Shown: positions 9,000 to 18,847 of the stretch, piece by piece
How the letters are laid out: each line of letters opens with the position of its first letter
Numbering within the stretch: position 1 is the first letter of the stretch
From: an uncultured Gammaproteobacteria bacterium
GTDB lineage: Bacteria; Pseudomonadota; Gammaproteobacteria; JAAEPA01
Direction: 5' to 3'
NCBI GenBank assembly: GCA_963731655.1
Contig: CAVSWL010000019.1
Location: 40,609 to 104,608 of the forward strand
Length of the DNA stretch: 64,000 nt
Program-made: the position numbers and the translations under genes
The notes under the pieces: generated by a model
Databases searched by the model: none
Told to the model about the DNA's origin: nothing
Seen by the model: the letters and a program-made list of their open reading frames with translations, nothing else

Positions 9000-10064
9000 A
9001 TGAATACAACGAACTTTAACCCTCATAATCAGCGACTGATTGGCGTGTGGTTGCTTATCTGCTGTGCATTGATTTATGCCATGGTGGTGTTGGGCGGCGT
9101 GACCCGCTTAACCGGATCTGGATTATCGATAGTTGAATGGGAACCGCTAGTGGGCGTTGTGCCACCGTTGACCGATGCCGACTGGCAGGAAACATTCACC
9201 CAATATCAGCAGTCGCCGGAATATCAAAAAATCAATGTAGGGATGGATTTGGAAGGATTCAAAAGCATTTTTTGGTTGGAATATCTCCACCGTCTACTCG
9301 GCCGCTTGATCGGCGCCGTATTTTTTCTGCCTTTGCTATTTTTCCTAATTACCCGCAGGCTACACGCCACGTTGATTCCCAAATTGGTAATCGCGTTTGT
9401 GCTTGGTGGCCTACAGGGACTGCTTGGATGGTACATGGTGAAAAGTGGCTTGATAGACAATCCACACGTTAGCCACTATCGACTGACGGCTCATTTGATG
9501 TTCGCTGTGCTGATTTATGGCTATTTACTGTGGGTGGCGCTGGGTCTGTTGTCATCTTCAGCCGGCTCTTCGATTCAGGATTCTTCTCGTACGCTGCGGC
9601 GCTTGACCTATGGTTTGGTCGGCTTAGTCTTGGTTACGCTGGCATCCGGTGGATTGGTCGCGGGGCTGAAGGCGGGTTTAGCCTACAACACGTTTCCGTT
9701 AATGGCGGGGCGTTGGATACCCGAGGGGCTCTTTAATCTGCGACCTTGGCCCATTAACCTGGTGAACAATGCAATGACCGTTCAGTTTGACCATCGCGTG
9801 CTTGCAACGCTGGTATTCGGTGTCATTGTGTGCCTATGGTTAATCGCGCGGCACTATCGATTTCCGAAGCGATTACGTTATGGCGTGCATGCCCTGCTGG
9901 CGGTTGGGGTGTTGCAGGTCAGCTTGGGTATTTCTACTCTCTTGTTTCATGTGCCAGTCTTTTTGGCCGCAAGCCATCAAGCAGGCGCTTTGTTGGTGTT
10001 CACCGCGGTTTTGTTCCTTGCGCACCAGCTACGCACCACGGGTATGCAGCGCGCGGCCGCCTAA
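9000..10064 (+). CDS. ctaA: Heme A synthase (COX15/CtaA)
   Basis: GGVTRLTGSGLSI, EYLHRLLGR, GWYMVKSGL, RLTAHL, QFDHR and HQAG motifs; multiple TM helices. Confidence 0.93.
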   Translation: MNTTNFNPHNQRLIGVWLLICCALIYAMVVLGGVTRLTGSGLSIVEWEPLVGVVPPLTDADWQETFTQYQQSPEYQKINVGMDLEGFKSIFWLEYLHRLLGRLIGAVFFLPLLFFLITRRLHATLIPKLVIAFVLGGLQGLLGWYMVKSGLIDNPHVSHYRLTAHLMFAVLIYGYLLWVALGLLSSSAGSSIQDSSRTLRRLTYGLVGLVLVTLASGGLVAGLKAGLAYNTFPLMAGRWIPEGLFNLRPWPINLVNNAMTVQFDHRVLATLVFGVIVCLWLIARHYRFPKRLRYGVHALLAVGVLQVSLGISTLLFHVPVFLAASHQAGALLVFTAVLFLAHQLRTTGMQRAAA

Positions 10065-10313
10065 TTCATCGGCTTAATGACGTGCTGCCAAACTTGAAGC
10101 GTTGCATTTAGCGCGATCTAAACACCTACCCCTCCTTCACTAAGCCCGCTGCTTGAAGCGGGAATCTGTAATCATAAGCTGCGTACGTCATTCTTCCCTC
10201 GGCAGCCTGCGTGGGCGGTTGCCCCTTACCGAAATTGGTCTTAAGCGGCGTAACTTGTCATGGCGATTGATTGCGATTCGATTCGTCGCTCGAACCGTCC
10301 GTTTCTCCGACAA

Positions 10314-10361
10314 ACCCAATATCTTGTGATTTATATCATGCTATAATACAATTTATTGAGT
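10314..10361 (+). promoter_or_regulatory. Tandem NrdR boxes with an extended -10 promoter for nrdD
   Basis: accCAATATCTTGtga (10314-10329) and ataCAATTTATTGagt (10346-10361), 32 bp apart, resemble acaCwAtATaTwGtgt. TGcTATAAT at 10339-10347. Confidence 0.75.
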
Positions 10362-10398
10362 TTATCGAGCCAACGATCTTGTCAGGGGGTACACCGCT

Positions 10399-12648
10399 AT
10401 GGCCAGTCCGATTTCTACTCAACCCGCCCACACGTGGATTTTACCCACCCAGGTCATTAAACGGGATGGCGCTGTTGCTAGGTTTGAGAAGACTAAAATC
10501 CGCACGGCAATACGTCGAGGGGGAGAGGCTACGGGTGAGTTTGGAGCTGATGAAGCGGAGCGATTGACGGCGGAGGTCATTAAGGTGATCAGCCATCGTT
10601 ACCATCAGGATTTACCACCAGAAATCGAAGCGATACAGGATATCGTGGAACAAGTGCTGATCAGTGCCAATCATTTGAACACGGCCAGAGCGTATATCGC
10701 CTATCGGGATCAGCATAAGCGCCTACGCCAGGATCGCAGCACCGCGGTGGATGTGATCTCTTCCGTGAACGAGTACTTGGAGCGCTTGGATTGGCGGGTT
10801 AATGCTAATGCTAACCAAGGCTATTCTCTAGGTGGACTGATACTCAATGTGTCCGGCAAAGTGATCGCCAACTACTGGCTAAACCATGTCTATGCGCCTG
10901 AAATTGGCGAGGCCCATCGGCAGGGGGATTTGCATATACACGATTTAGATATGCTGGCAGGGTATTGCGCGGGCTGGTCTCTTCGGACCCTGTTGACCGA
11001 GGGACTCAATGGGGTTCCCGGTAAAATCGAGGCGGGGCCACCGAAACATCTATCGAGTGCGGTGGGCCAAATCGTTAACTTTCTAGGGACTTTGCAAAAT
11101 GAGTGGGCAGGCGCACAGGCCTTCAGTTCCTTCGATACTTACATGGCGCCCTTCGTGCGCGTCGACCGGCTTTGCTATGCCCAGGTCAAGCAGTATATTC
11201 AAGAACTTATCTATAACCTAAATGTGCCTTCCCGTTGGGGCACGCAGACTCCCTTTACGAATTTAACCTTTGACTGGGTTTGCCCAGAAGATCTGCGAGA
11301 CCAGGTGCCTATTCTTGGAGGCGAGGAAATGCCTTTTAGTTATGGGGAGTTACAGGCCGAGATGGATATGATCAATCGTGCGTACATCGAGGTTATGACG
11401 GAAGGGGATACCAAGGGACGCATTTTTACCTTTCCGATTCCAACCTATAACATTACCGAGGACTTCCCTTGGGAGGCGCCCAATACCGAGCGCTTGTTCG
11501 CCATGACCGCGAAGTACGGTCTCCCTTATTTTCAGAATTTCACCAATTCTGATCTAAGACCTAATATGGTTCGTTCGATGTGCTGCCGCCTACAACTGGA
11601 CTTGAGAGAATTGCTCAAACGCGGCAATGGGCTGTTTGGTTCGGCCGAACAGACCGGCTCCATCGGCGTGGTAACGCTTAATTGCGCCCGCCTGGGATAT
11701 CGCCATAAAGGCGATGAGACGGGTTTGTTTAAGCGGTTGGATCAATTGATGGAGCTGGCGAGCTCCAGCTTGGAAATCAAGCGAAAGGTGATACAGCGGC
11801 ACATGGACAATGGATTGTTCCCCTATACCAAGCGTTATTTGGGCACACTGCGCAATCATTTCTCGACCATCGGCGTAAATGGCATCAACGAAATGATCCG
11901 TAATTTTACCAATGACCAAGAGAACATCACCACTACTTACGGTCATGAGTTTGCGGGACGATTCCTGGATCATATTCGTGCCCGCATGACGGTGTTTCAA
12001 GAAGAGACGGGGCATCTCTACAATCTCGAAGCCACGCCAGCAGAGGGTACCACGTATCGGTTCGCCAAGGAGGACAAGAAGCGCTATATGGGGATATTAC
12101 AAGCCGGAACAGCGGATGCCCCTTACTACACCAATTCTTCGCAGCTTCCCGTGGGATTTACCGATGATCCCTTCGAGGCGCTAGAGCGGCAAGAGAGTCT
12201 GCAGCAGAAGTATACCGGAGGGACGGTGATGCACCTCTACATGGGGGAGCGCATTTCCAGTCCCGAAACCTGCAAGCGGCTCGTGCGCCGGGCTGTAGAG
12301 GGTTTTCGGGTGCCTTATGTCACGGTGACCCCAACGTTTTCCGTTTGTCCTTCTCATGGTTACCTTGCTGGCGAGCATCCATTTTGCCCACGATGTGATG
12401 CAGAAATTCTGGCGCGCAAGGAACGCGATTCACGAGCTTCGGAGCAGAGTCTAGCGAATCTCCAGCCAGTATCGTCCACCCAAAATAACAATGCCAAGAG
12501 CGACGCCATCCGATTGACCGATGCTGAGCGTCAGGCCTGCGAGGTATGGACCCGGGTGATGGGTTACCACCGGCCTGTGTCTGAATATAATCCCGGTAAA
12601 AAAAGTGAACACGCCGAACGCACTTTATTTCGGGAATGTCGTTTGTAG
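10399..12648 (+). CDS. nrdD: Class III (anaerobic) ribonucleoside-triphosphate reductase with N-terminal ATP cone
   Basis: VIKRDG ATP cone, HIHDL, RSMCCRL, EATPAE, YYTNS, CPSH...CPRC zinc site and RVMGY glycyl-radical loop. Confidence 0.95.
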   Translation: MASPISTQPAHTWILPTQVIKRDGAVARFEKTKIRTAIRRGGEATGEFGADEAERLTAEVIKVISHRYHQDLPPEIEAIQDIVEQVLISANHLNTARAYIAYRDQHKRLRQDRSTAVDVISSVNEYLERLDWRVNANANQGYSLGGLILNVSGKVIANYWLNHVYAPEIGEAHRQGDLHIHDLDMLAGYCAGWSLRTLLTEGLNGVPGKIEAGPPKHLSSAVGQIVNFLGTLQNEWAGAQAFSSFDTYMAPFVRVDRLCYAQVKQYIQELIYNLNVPSRWGTQTPFTNLTFDWVCPEDLRDQVPILGGEEMPFSYGELQAEMDMINRAYIEVMTEGDTKGRIFTFPIPTYNITEDFPWEAPNTERLFAMTAKYGLPYFQNFTNSDLRPNMVRSMCCRLQLDLRELLKRGNGLFGSAEQTGSIGVVTLNCARLGYRHKGDETGLFKRLDQLMELASSSLEIKRKVIQRHMDNGLFPYTKRYLGTLRNHFSTIGVNGINEMIRNFTNDQENITTTYGHEFAGRFLDHIRARMTVFQEETGHLYNLEATPAEGTTYRFAKEDKKRYMGILQAGTADAPYYTNSSQLPVGFTDDPFEALERQESLQQKYTGGTVMHLYMGERISSPETCKRLVRRAVEGFRVPYVTVTPTFSVCPSHGYLAGEHPFCPRCDAEILARKERDSRASEQSLANLQPVSSTQNNNAKSDAIRLTDAERQACEVWTRVMGYHRPVSEYNPGKKSEHAERTLFRECRL

Positions 12649-12668
12649 GGAAGCGAAGTAGCGATCCG

Positions 12669-13349
12669 ATGAAGACTGAACTCCAGCTTGGCGGATGGTT
12701 GCCCTTGACCACCACCGACTATCCAGGCCAGTTGGCCACGGTGGCTTTCTGTCAAGGGTGTCCCTGGCGTTGCAGCTATTGCCATAATCCGGAGCTACAA
12801 TCGAGGAAGGGGAAAGCCAGATTGTCATGGGCGGAGTTCGTGGCTTTCTTGCATCGCCGGAGAGGTTTATTGGATGGGGTGGTCTTCAGTGGGGGTGAGC
12901 CCACGCTGCAGGCAGGCATGCTGGATGCCGTGCGAGTTGTCAAGGACATGGGGTACCGAGTCGGATTGCATACGGCGGGTCCTTACCCTAAACGGCTCAG
13001 GCGGCTGCTGCCCTGGCTTGATTGGGTGGCCATGGATATCAAGGCACCCTTTGAAACGTATCAATCGGTAACGGGGATTCCCGGCAGTGGCGCGAGTGCT
13101 TTGGAAAGCGCCACAGAAATATTGAGTCGAGGTATTCCCCATGAATTCCGCACCACAGCGGATCCTCACCTGCTTCACACCGATAGCTTGCGCTCTATGG
13201 CCCGTTCACTGGCCAAGCTCGGTGTGCGCAATTATGTTCTGCAAGCGTGTCGCACTCCCGCTGGTGAGAATTTAACGCAGGAAATACCACCAAATCTAAT
13301 CGCCGAGCTACACTCCATGTTTGAGTGTTTTAGCTTGCGCCATCACTAA
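12669..13349 (+). CDS. nrdG: Anaerobic RNR activating radical-SAM enzyme
   Basis: CPWRCSYC (CX3CX2C), SGGEPT and EFRTT motifs; directly after nrdD. Confidence 0.92.
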   Translation: MKTELQLGGWLPLTTTDYPGQLATVAFCQGCPWRCSYCHNPELQSRKGKARLSWAEFVAFLHRRRGLLDGVVFSGGEPTLQAGMLDAVRVVKDMGYRVGLHTAGPYPKRLRRLLPWLDWVAMDIKAPFETYQSVTGIPGSGASALESATEILSRGIPHEFRTTADPHLLHTDSLRSMARSLAKLGVRNYVLQACRTPAGENLTQEIPPNLIAELHSMFECFSLRHH

Positions 13350-13927
13350 TTCATGCTAATCATTTAGCGCTTACAAAAAACCTTTGCCCTGGGCGAATTC
13401 TTCTTACCGGCTCTGAGGCCTTCCTGTATTACTTGGGTGCGGGCTTTGCGTCTCTTTAAGCTCCGACAGATCGCTAGCAAATGATCCGTGGTCTTAAGGA
13501 ATCACCTCCTCCCTTTTAATCAACAAGACAATATCGGAGGATGTTCCTACTGTCTACTATGTCCCAAAGCTGTGGCTACCTGAACTATTCCATCGATTGC
13601 AATAGAAAATTTCGCCAGATCTCGCTGAACAGATGCAACCCATTGTGGAACGGAGTATGGTAGAGGCTGGAGCGCTGCAGGCCCCTGGGTTAGCTCTAGG
13701 GATCGGTATAAGAATTTGCCCTTCCTTGTAGATGTCAATCCAGGTCTGAACGCTATGAGATTGAGAAAGGTTCGCATGGCATCTTCCATCAGTTTGCGCT
13801 TCAAGAAGCTGAAATTTGGGAGAATCCTACCCAGCAAGCGAGGAAATCGTTAGAACGCTTGATGAGGTCAAGATAAACTCGTATCAGCTATGACCCAACT
13901 GATCAATTACTGATAAGGAGTGGACTG

Positions 13928-14332
13928 ATGTCTTGGGAACTGTTCAACGATCTCATAAGCAAACATCACGCTGATTTGATCGACACACTCGTCAACTCGG
14001 GTTTTAGTCTTGATCAAGCCAATCGGTTCTTGCCCGAGGCTGGTCAGGGTATTGTGGAAGCTTTTGGCGACGCCCGAGATTTGGTGGAATTGGTTAGAGT
14101 CGATACCGAGACGGCGGTCTCTTCAGTTCAGTCAAAGGTCGATACGCCCAGCATCGCTTCGAAAGCCGGTGTGGATGAGTCCATGGTCAATAGAGGGTAC
14201 GCCGTGCTAATACCCAAGGTATTGGAACTAGCGAAAGCCGAGAATGGCGGCGTGTTAGCGTTTCTTGCGGGAGAAGCGGGTGAAAATCTGTGGGGCGGCT
14301 TTAATGATATGATGAAAAAATTATGGAAATAA
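13928..14332 (+). CDS. Hypothetical helical protein (weak YidB/DUF937-like resemblance)
   Basis: TAAGGAG RBS, 134 aa. IASKAGVD...AVLIPKVL pattern is only suggestive of the family. Confidence 0.55.
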   Translation: MSWELFNDLISKHHADLIDTLVNSGFSLDQANRFLPEAGQGIVEAFGDARDLVELVRVDTETAVSSVQSKVDTPSIASKAGVDESMVNRGYAVLIPKVLELAKAENGGVLAFLAGEAGENLWGGFNDMMKKLWK

Positions 14333-14382
14333 CTGACCCCGTGCTTAGCGCAGGGTTGCGTAATCCGATAGATAATGAACGG

Positions 14383-14757
14383 TTATCGGTCTCTGGTTTC
14401 CGCAACAGAGACTGTTCGATCCGCCTCAGTCTCAAGTTCAGTGATCAGTCGATCTAGAGCGGAGCGGACACGGCATGTGAACGCGAAGTACGTCTCGCGA
14501 GGTATAGTGTCTAAACCGACAAGTAAAAGCTCTTCAAGTTTCGTGGCCTGCTGCGAAATGCTTTCAAATCCATAGCTCGCGGCTGATCCCGCCAAACGAT
14601 GCAGCTGTTGGCGTAAATTGTCGGCCGAAGCATGAGTCCAACCGTTGGATTCAGCCGTTTGCCATAACCCTCGGAGGGTGTCGCGCTTGAGTTTAAAAGA
14701 GGCTTGATAAGCCTGTCGCAATTGTTGATATTTTTTTAATCCCTGCTCAGAAATCAT
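14383..14757 (-). CDS. Hpt (histidine phosphotransfer) protein
   Basis: LHRLAGSAASYGF motif; start overlaps the kinase stop. Confidence 0.85.
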   Translation of the reverse strand: MISEQGLKKYQQLRQAYQASFKLKRDTLRGLWQTAESNGWTHASADNLRQQLHRLAGSAASYGFESISQQATKLEELLLVGLDTIPRETYFAFTCRVRSALDRLITELETEADRTVSVAETRDR

Positions 14758-16309
14758 GGGGATTCTTTCGTGCGAGTTGGTGGGTTAGCGCGACCAGATG
14801 CGGCATATCAATGGGTTTTAGCAAATAGCCATTACAACCGGCTTCCAAGGCGCGGATCCGGTCTTTCTCCGAAGGGGAAGCGGTCAATGCGACAATCGGA
14901 TTGGTGAAGTGAGATCGGCGAAGGCGTTCGGTAACAAGGAATCCATCGAAAAGGGGGAGATTAAGATCCATCAATACCAGATCGGGTTCATCGCGCAACG
15001 CGCTGTGCACGGCTTGTTCCCCATTTGAAGCAACGATCACCTCATACCCTGCGTCAGTTAAGAATAGCTCGACAAGTTGCACGATATCGTCATTATCTTC
15101 AGCGATCAGTACCCGCCCTTTGGGGAATGGGTGGTTTGGTGAGGTTGGGTTCGAGGGGAGATGCTTCTCTGATGCTGACGATACGGGCTGAATTGTGACC
15201 GCTGGCAAACGCAGGCAGAAGCGGCTTCCTATACCTGGTTTGGAATCGACACTTAAGCTTCCCCCCATCAACAGCGCGAGATGCTGACTGATATAAAGAC
15301 CTAATCCGGCGCCGGGATTTCTGTTATTAAGACTTTGAAAAGCTTGGAAAATACGTTCTATTCCGGTGTCCGGAATCCCTGGCCCGGTATCCACTACAGC
15401 CGCGATTAATTGATTCTCCCGCCAATCCATTTCAACGCTGATCTCACCATTTTCAGTGAATTTTAAAGCGTTATCGACTAAGTTAAATAGGATCTGCCGC
15501 ACTCTCACCCCATCGAGCTCTAGACATCTAGGGAGTTGATCGCCGACGCTCATATTGAAGTCTAAGTTCTTTTCAGACGCTAGGGGTTGAAATATCGCCA
15601 CAATGTCTTCAGTGATCGAGACAGGGTTCATCGGAGTAGGGTAAATCACCAGCTCTTCGGCATCTAATCTCGCTTGGTCCAGCACGTTATTTACTAGTGA
15701 GAGCAGATGCCTTGCGCTACGCTCGATTGAATTCAAATAATTCGGCAGCTGTTGGTGATGTTCTGGATGCTTCTTTAAGTAGTCGATATACCCCATAATC
15801 GCGGTGAGCGGTGTGCGGAATTCGTGAGACATCCCCGATATAAACCGACTCTTTGCCGCGCTGGCTTCTTCGGCTTGACGGCGTTTGATTGCTAAGTCAT
15901 CGCGAGCTTTCTTAAGCGCTCGCATCAGTTTGCTTTGTTGGTAGGCCTGCAGATTGAGTTCATTGGCCTTTTGTTGAAGTTCTTGTTGTCGTCGGCGAGG
16001 TTCCGTAGCATCAATAAACAAGATGTAGTAATGTCCATGATGCTTGAAAATATCGATATGCGCAGCACAGCCATTGTTCATGTCAACATAGGGGATCTTT
16101 AGAGTGTCTTTGATATTGAGGTCGATGAGAAATGGAAAGCGCTGGGTGCCATCGTCGCCTTTGTCTATGTCTTTGAATCCATAGAAGTATTCGTTTCCTG
16201 CCCAGCTCAAGATTTTCAGCTCATGATCGAGTTCAACCCAGAGGGGTTTGAGACGTTCCTCGGCTATGACGCGTAGCTTGCGGTTGACTCTGAAGGGCAG
16301 GGCGCTCAT
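14747..16309 (-). CDS. Cytoplasmic hybrid sensor histidine kinase/response regulator
   Basis: SHEFRTPL H-box, NLVDNALKFT, DTGPGI, GAGLGL; C-terminal REC domain (AEDND, LMDLNLP, KP). No obvious TM helix. Confidence 0.93.
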   Translation of the reverse strand: MSALPFRVNRKLRVIAEERLKPLWVELDHELKILSWAGNEYFYGFKDIDKGDDGTQRFPFLIDLNIKDTLKIPYVDMNNGCAAHIDIFKHHGHYYILFIDATEPRRRQQELQQKANELNLQAYQQSKLMRALKKARDDLAIKRRQAEEASAAKSRFISGMSHEFRTPLTAIMGYIDYLKKHPEHHQQLPNYLNSIERSARHLLSLVNNVLDQARLDAEELVIYPTPMNPVSITEDIVAIFQPLASEKNLDFNMSVGDQLPRCLELDGVRVRQILFNLVDNALKFTENGEISVEMDWRENQLIAAVVDTGPGIPDTGIERIFQAFQSLNNRNPGAGLGLYISQHLALLMGGSLSVDSKPGIGSRFCLRLPAVTIQPVSSASEKHLPSNPTSPNHPFPKGRVLIAEDNDDIVQLVELFLTDAGYEVIVASNGEQAVHSALRDEPDLVLMDLNLPLFDGFLVTERLRRSHFTNPIVALTASPSEKDRIRALEAGCNGYLLKPIDMPHLVALTHQLARKNPHDF

Positions 16310-16809
16310 CTCACTAGGCGATCTGCGAGCAGCTGGAAGGCTTGACTGACATTGGCGCCTTCTCTAGCACTGGTTTTAAATACAGGCCAATCCTTGTCCG
16401 TTAGATCCTGTATTTCCGCTGGTGTAATCTCCCACTGCGTTTGTAGGTCGTATTTATTGCAAAGTATGACGAAGGGCGGTGCGTCGAGCGCTTGGTCCAC
16501 CGATTGTTTAAGCTGAAGGGCGGTGTCCAGAGTGTAGCGGCGGGTGCCATCGATGACCAGTAAATAACCGGCGGCACCTCGTAGATAACTCGCATCTCGT
16601 GTTCTGAAACGGTCGGTTCCCGCGATATCCCACAAGATCAGCTTGATATTGCATTTATCGGGAAGTGTCACGACCTTAGTATCAATTTTAACTCCCAGTG
16701 TTGACAAATATTTGTCGGAAAACACGCGATGGACATAGCAGGATACCAAACTGGTCTTTCCCACTGCAAAATCCCCGATCATACAAACTTTTTTAGCTAA
16801 TAAACTCAT
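16306..16809 (-). CDS. Rab-like Ras-superfamily small GTPase (Rup type)
   Basis: G1 GDFAVGKT, G2 STLG, G3 WDIAG, G4 NKYD, G5 SAR; 167 aa, no C-terminal prenylation tail. Confidence 0.92.
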   Translation of the reverse strand: MSLLAKKVCMIGDFAVGKTSLVSCYVHRVFSDKYLSTLGVKIDTKVVTLPDKCNIKLILWDIAGTDRFRTRDASYLRGAAGYLLVIDGTRRYTLDTALQLKQSVDQALDAPPFVILCNKYDLQTQWEITPAEIQDLTDKDWPVFKTSAREGANVSQAFQLLADRLVR

Positions 16810-16814
16810 TTAAC

Positions 16815-18749
16815 CTATTTCGCAAACAGCCGGGTTAAATCGGTCGCATAGAGTTGCACGAAGAAGTTAACACGCCGCTGTTTCGGGTCCACTGGAGGGA
16901 AAGCGTACGGTTCGTCGCCTTGCCCGACGCTGAACAGCTTTGAGTCCAGGCCCTCTCGGAGCAAAATATCGAGTACTTCTTGAGCGCGTTGATTACGCAG
17001 TTGTTGGTTCAATTCGGGTACACCGATCGCATCGGTACCCCCCCGCAGCGTGATGTGCAAGCGCCAACCGATTTTGTCGGCCAGCTTTGCCATCAAACGC
17101 AACTCAGCAACTATCTTTTGCAATTTATCCCGGGAATTATCCAGCAGTTGCCGTCCAGATGAGAAGAAAAGTTCTTCGTTATCGATTTCTTGCTTGAGCG
17201 CTTGGAGTCGATTGGATTCCTCGCTGCCAAGCTGTTTAATATCCAAGCCCTTCAACCATTCAATCTTTGCAATTCTTCCGGGCAGCGAATGGATCCATGC
17301 CCAAGGGGCTACGCCGCTGATGTTAAGCTTGGCGTGATCGACGCTGAGTGTCACGCTTTCCGGCGGGCTCAAACTTTCGATGGCCTCACGTAGCAAGCTT
17401 TGATCATCCGCAGTTACTTGGCTAAGGTCAACTCGATTCACGCCCGCGATGTAACGCCCGTAGGTCTGGACTGCGTGTATCCAGGGATAGGGGGCGGTTC
17501 CTGACGCCTTCAGAGTGCCGTCGGCCAATTCCAGCCGGACCTTATCCGGTGTCTCAAACCATCGTTTTATACGTTGTATTACAAGGTCCGTTTCCATGGA
17601 GTGATAGGCTTGAAATTGGAATCCAACGCGGTCAATATTCAGTCCCAGTGACTGGGCAAGAGCAACGGGATCCGCAGCTAAAGGATCACGTAACCCTCTG
17701 AAGATGCGTTTCCCTTGATCAGTGTAGCTATCGGTGAGCACAATACCGGGCGTGGTGGCTAGGCTCGTTTGCAGGCTGGCAATCTGCTTGTTTTCCCGAT
17801 GCGTCGATATCAGCCAATAGCCCCCTACACTTATCAACATCCCGAAGAGAGCCAGCGATACGAGCAAACGCACACGATGAGGCCGGCGCGGTTGCGTCGC
17901 GCCTCCTTTTAATTGCACGTCCAGGCACTGCTGTAACAGGGGTTTCAGCTCTGGAAGCGTTTCGCGATCACCTTGGAAGTTAACTAATTTTTGATGGAAT
18001 CGTCGTTCGATGTCTTCCAATATGAGAACCAGTCGCTCGCGAAGTTGTAGCGGCGCGATGCCACGAATCACGCAAGCCAACATGATTGCCGGACCGTTAT
18101 AAATAAGCCAAGTGGTATGGCCGCCGATCTCAATGGTGTCTAGCCCGTCGGCGGAATCGGCATCAAACGAATCGGAAACGAAATCTCGGATCGCGGTGAA
18201 CATAGCTGAAACCGCATCACTATCCTTTATGGTAACGTCGGGGTGAGCCGCGTGTGCGATCAGTACTCCCGTCTTATGTTGAATCAAAAATACCTGTTCC
18301 ACCCGATAGACCAAGGTATGTTTGAGTACAATCTCATGAAAAGGCAGACCGGTACGGATAGCTTCGAGGCGCCATTTTAGGCCCTGAACGGAGAAAGACT
18401 GATCGATGGTTTGATTGATGCCCTGCACAAATGCGCGCAAGGTTTCTATAATCGAGCGGCGAATAGCCGGCATGATTGCGGGAAACAGGGCCTCAGCAAA
18501 GATTTGGGTTTGGTTGCGTGCCAAATCTTGAACGCATTCGGTGACGGGTGCTTGTAATGCTTGGGTTAAATCAGGTCCTTTTTCGGTACTTAAGGCGATG
18601 GATTCGGGTAAGCACTCGGCCATATCTCGCGCCCGTTGCTTCGGATCTACGACCCGTTCATCTAAAGCGTTAATGTGGCGGCGTTCATCTCCGAGAAGAA
18701 TTTGCTTGAGTTCATCGAACTCAGTCAATACGGTCTCATTCTGATTCAT
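16815..18749 (-). CDS. Single-pass membrane protein: cytoplasmic N-domain, BON-like repeats and C-terminal OmpA-like domain
   Basis: Likely start MNQNE at 18749; TM VRLLVSLALFGMLISVGGYWLI; two similar repeats (P..V.L......L..SG.AP..WIH); GTDAIGVPELNQQLRNQRA peptidoglycan-binding motif. Confidence 0.8.
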   Translation of the reverse strand: MNQNETVLTEFDELKQILLGDERRHINALDERVVDPKQRARDMAECLPESIALSTEKGPDLTQALQAPVTECVQDLARNQTQIFAEALFPAIMPAIRRSIIETLRAFVQGINQTIDQSFSVQGLKWRLEAIRTGLPFHEIVLKHTLVYRVEQVFLIQHKTGVLIAHAAHPDVTIKDSDAVSAMFTAIRDFVSDSFDADSADGLDTIEIGGHTTWLIYNGPAIMLACVIRGIAPLQLRERLVLILEDIERRFHQKLVNFQGDRETLPELKPLLQQCLDVQLKGGATQPRRPHRVRLLVSLALFGMLISVGGYWLISTHRENKQIASLQTSLATTPGIVLTDSYTDQGKRIFRGLRDPLAADPVALAQSLGLNIDRVGFQFQAYHSMETDLVIQRIKRWFETPDKVRLELADGTLKASGTAPYPWIHAVQTYGRYIAGVNRVDLSQVTADDQSLLREAIESLSPPESVTLSVDHAKLNISGVAPWAWIHSLPGRIAKIEWLKGLDIKQLGSEESNRLQALKQEIDNEELFFSSGRQLLDNSRDKLQKIVAELRLMAKLADKIGWRLHITLRGGTDAIGVPELNQQLRNQRAQEVLDILLREGLDSKLFSVGQGDEPYAFPPVDPKQRRVNFFVQLYATDLTRLFAK

Positions 18750-18847
18750 AGCAAGCAACGCGTTATGCAAATTTACTCGAGATGCGTAACAATGCGTTCC
18801 ATTAACACGATGCGTTAGAAAAATAGGTATGGGATATGGGGCCGACG

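Noticed and set aside
10267-10280. Possible FNR site upstream of nrdD (TTGATTGCGATTCG)
   Set aside because: The second half-site matches poorly.
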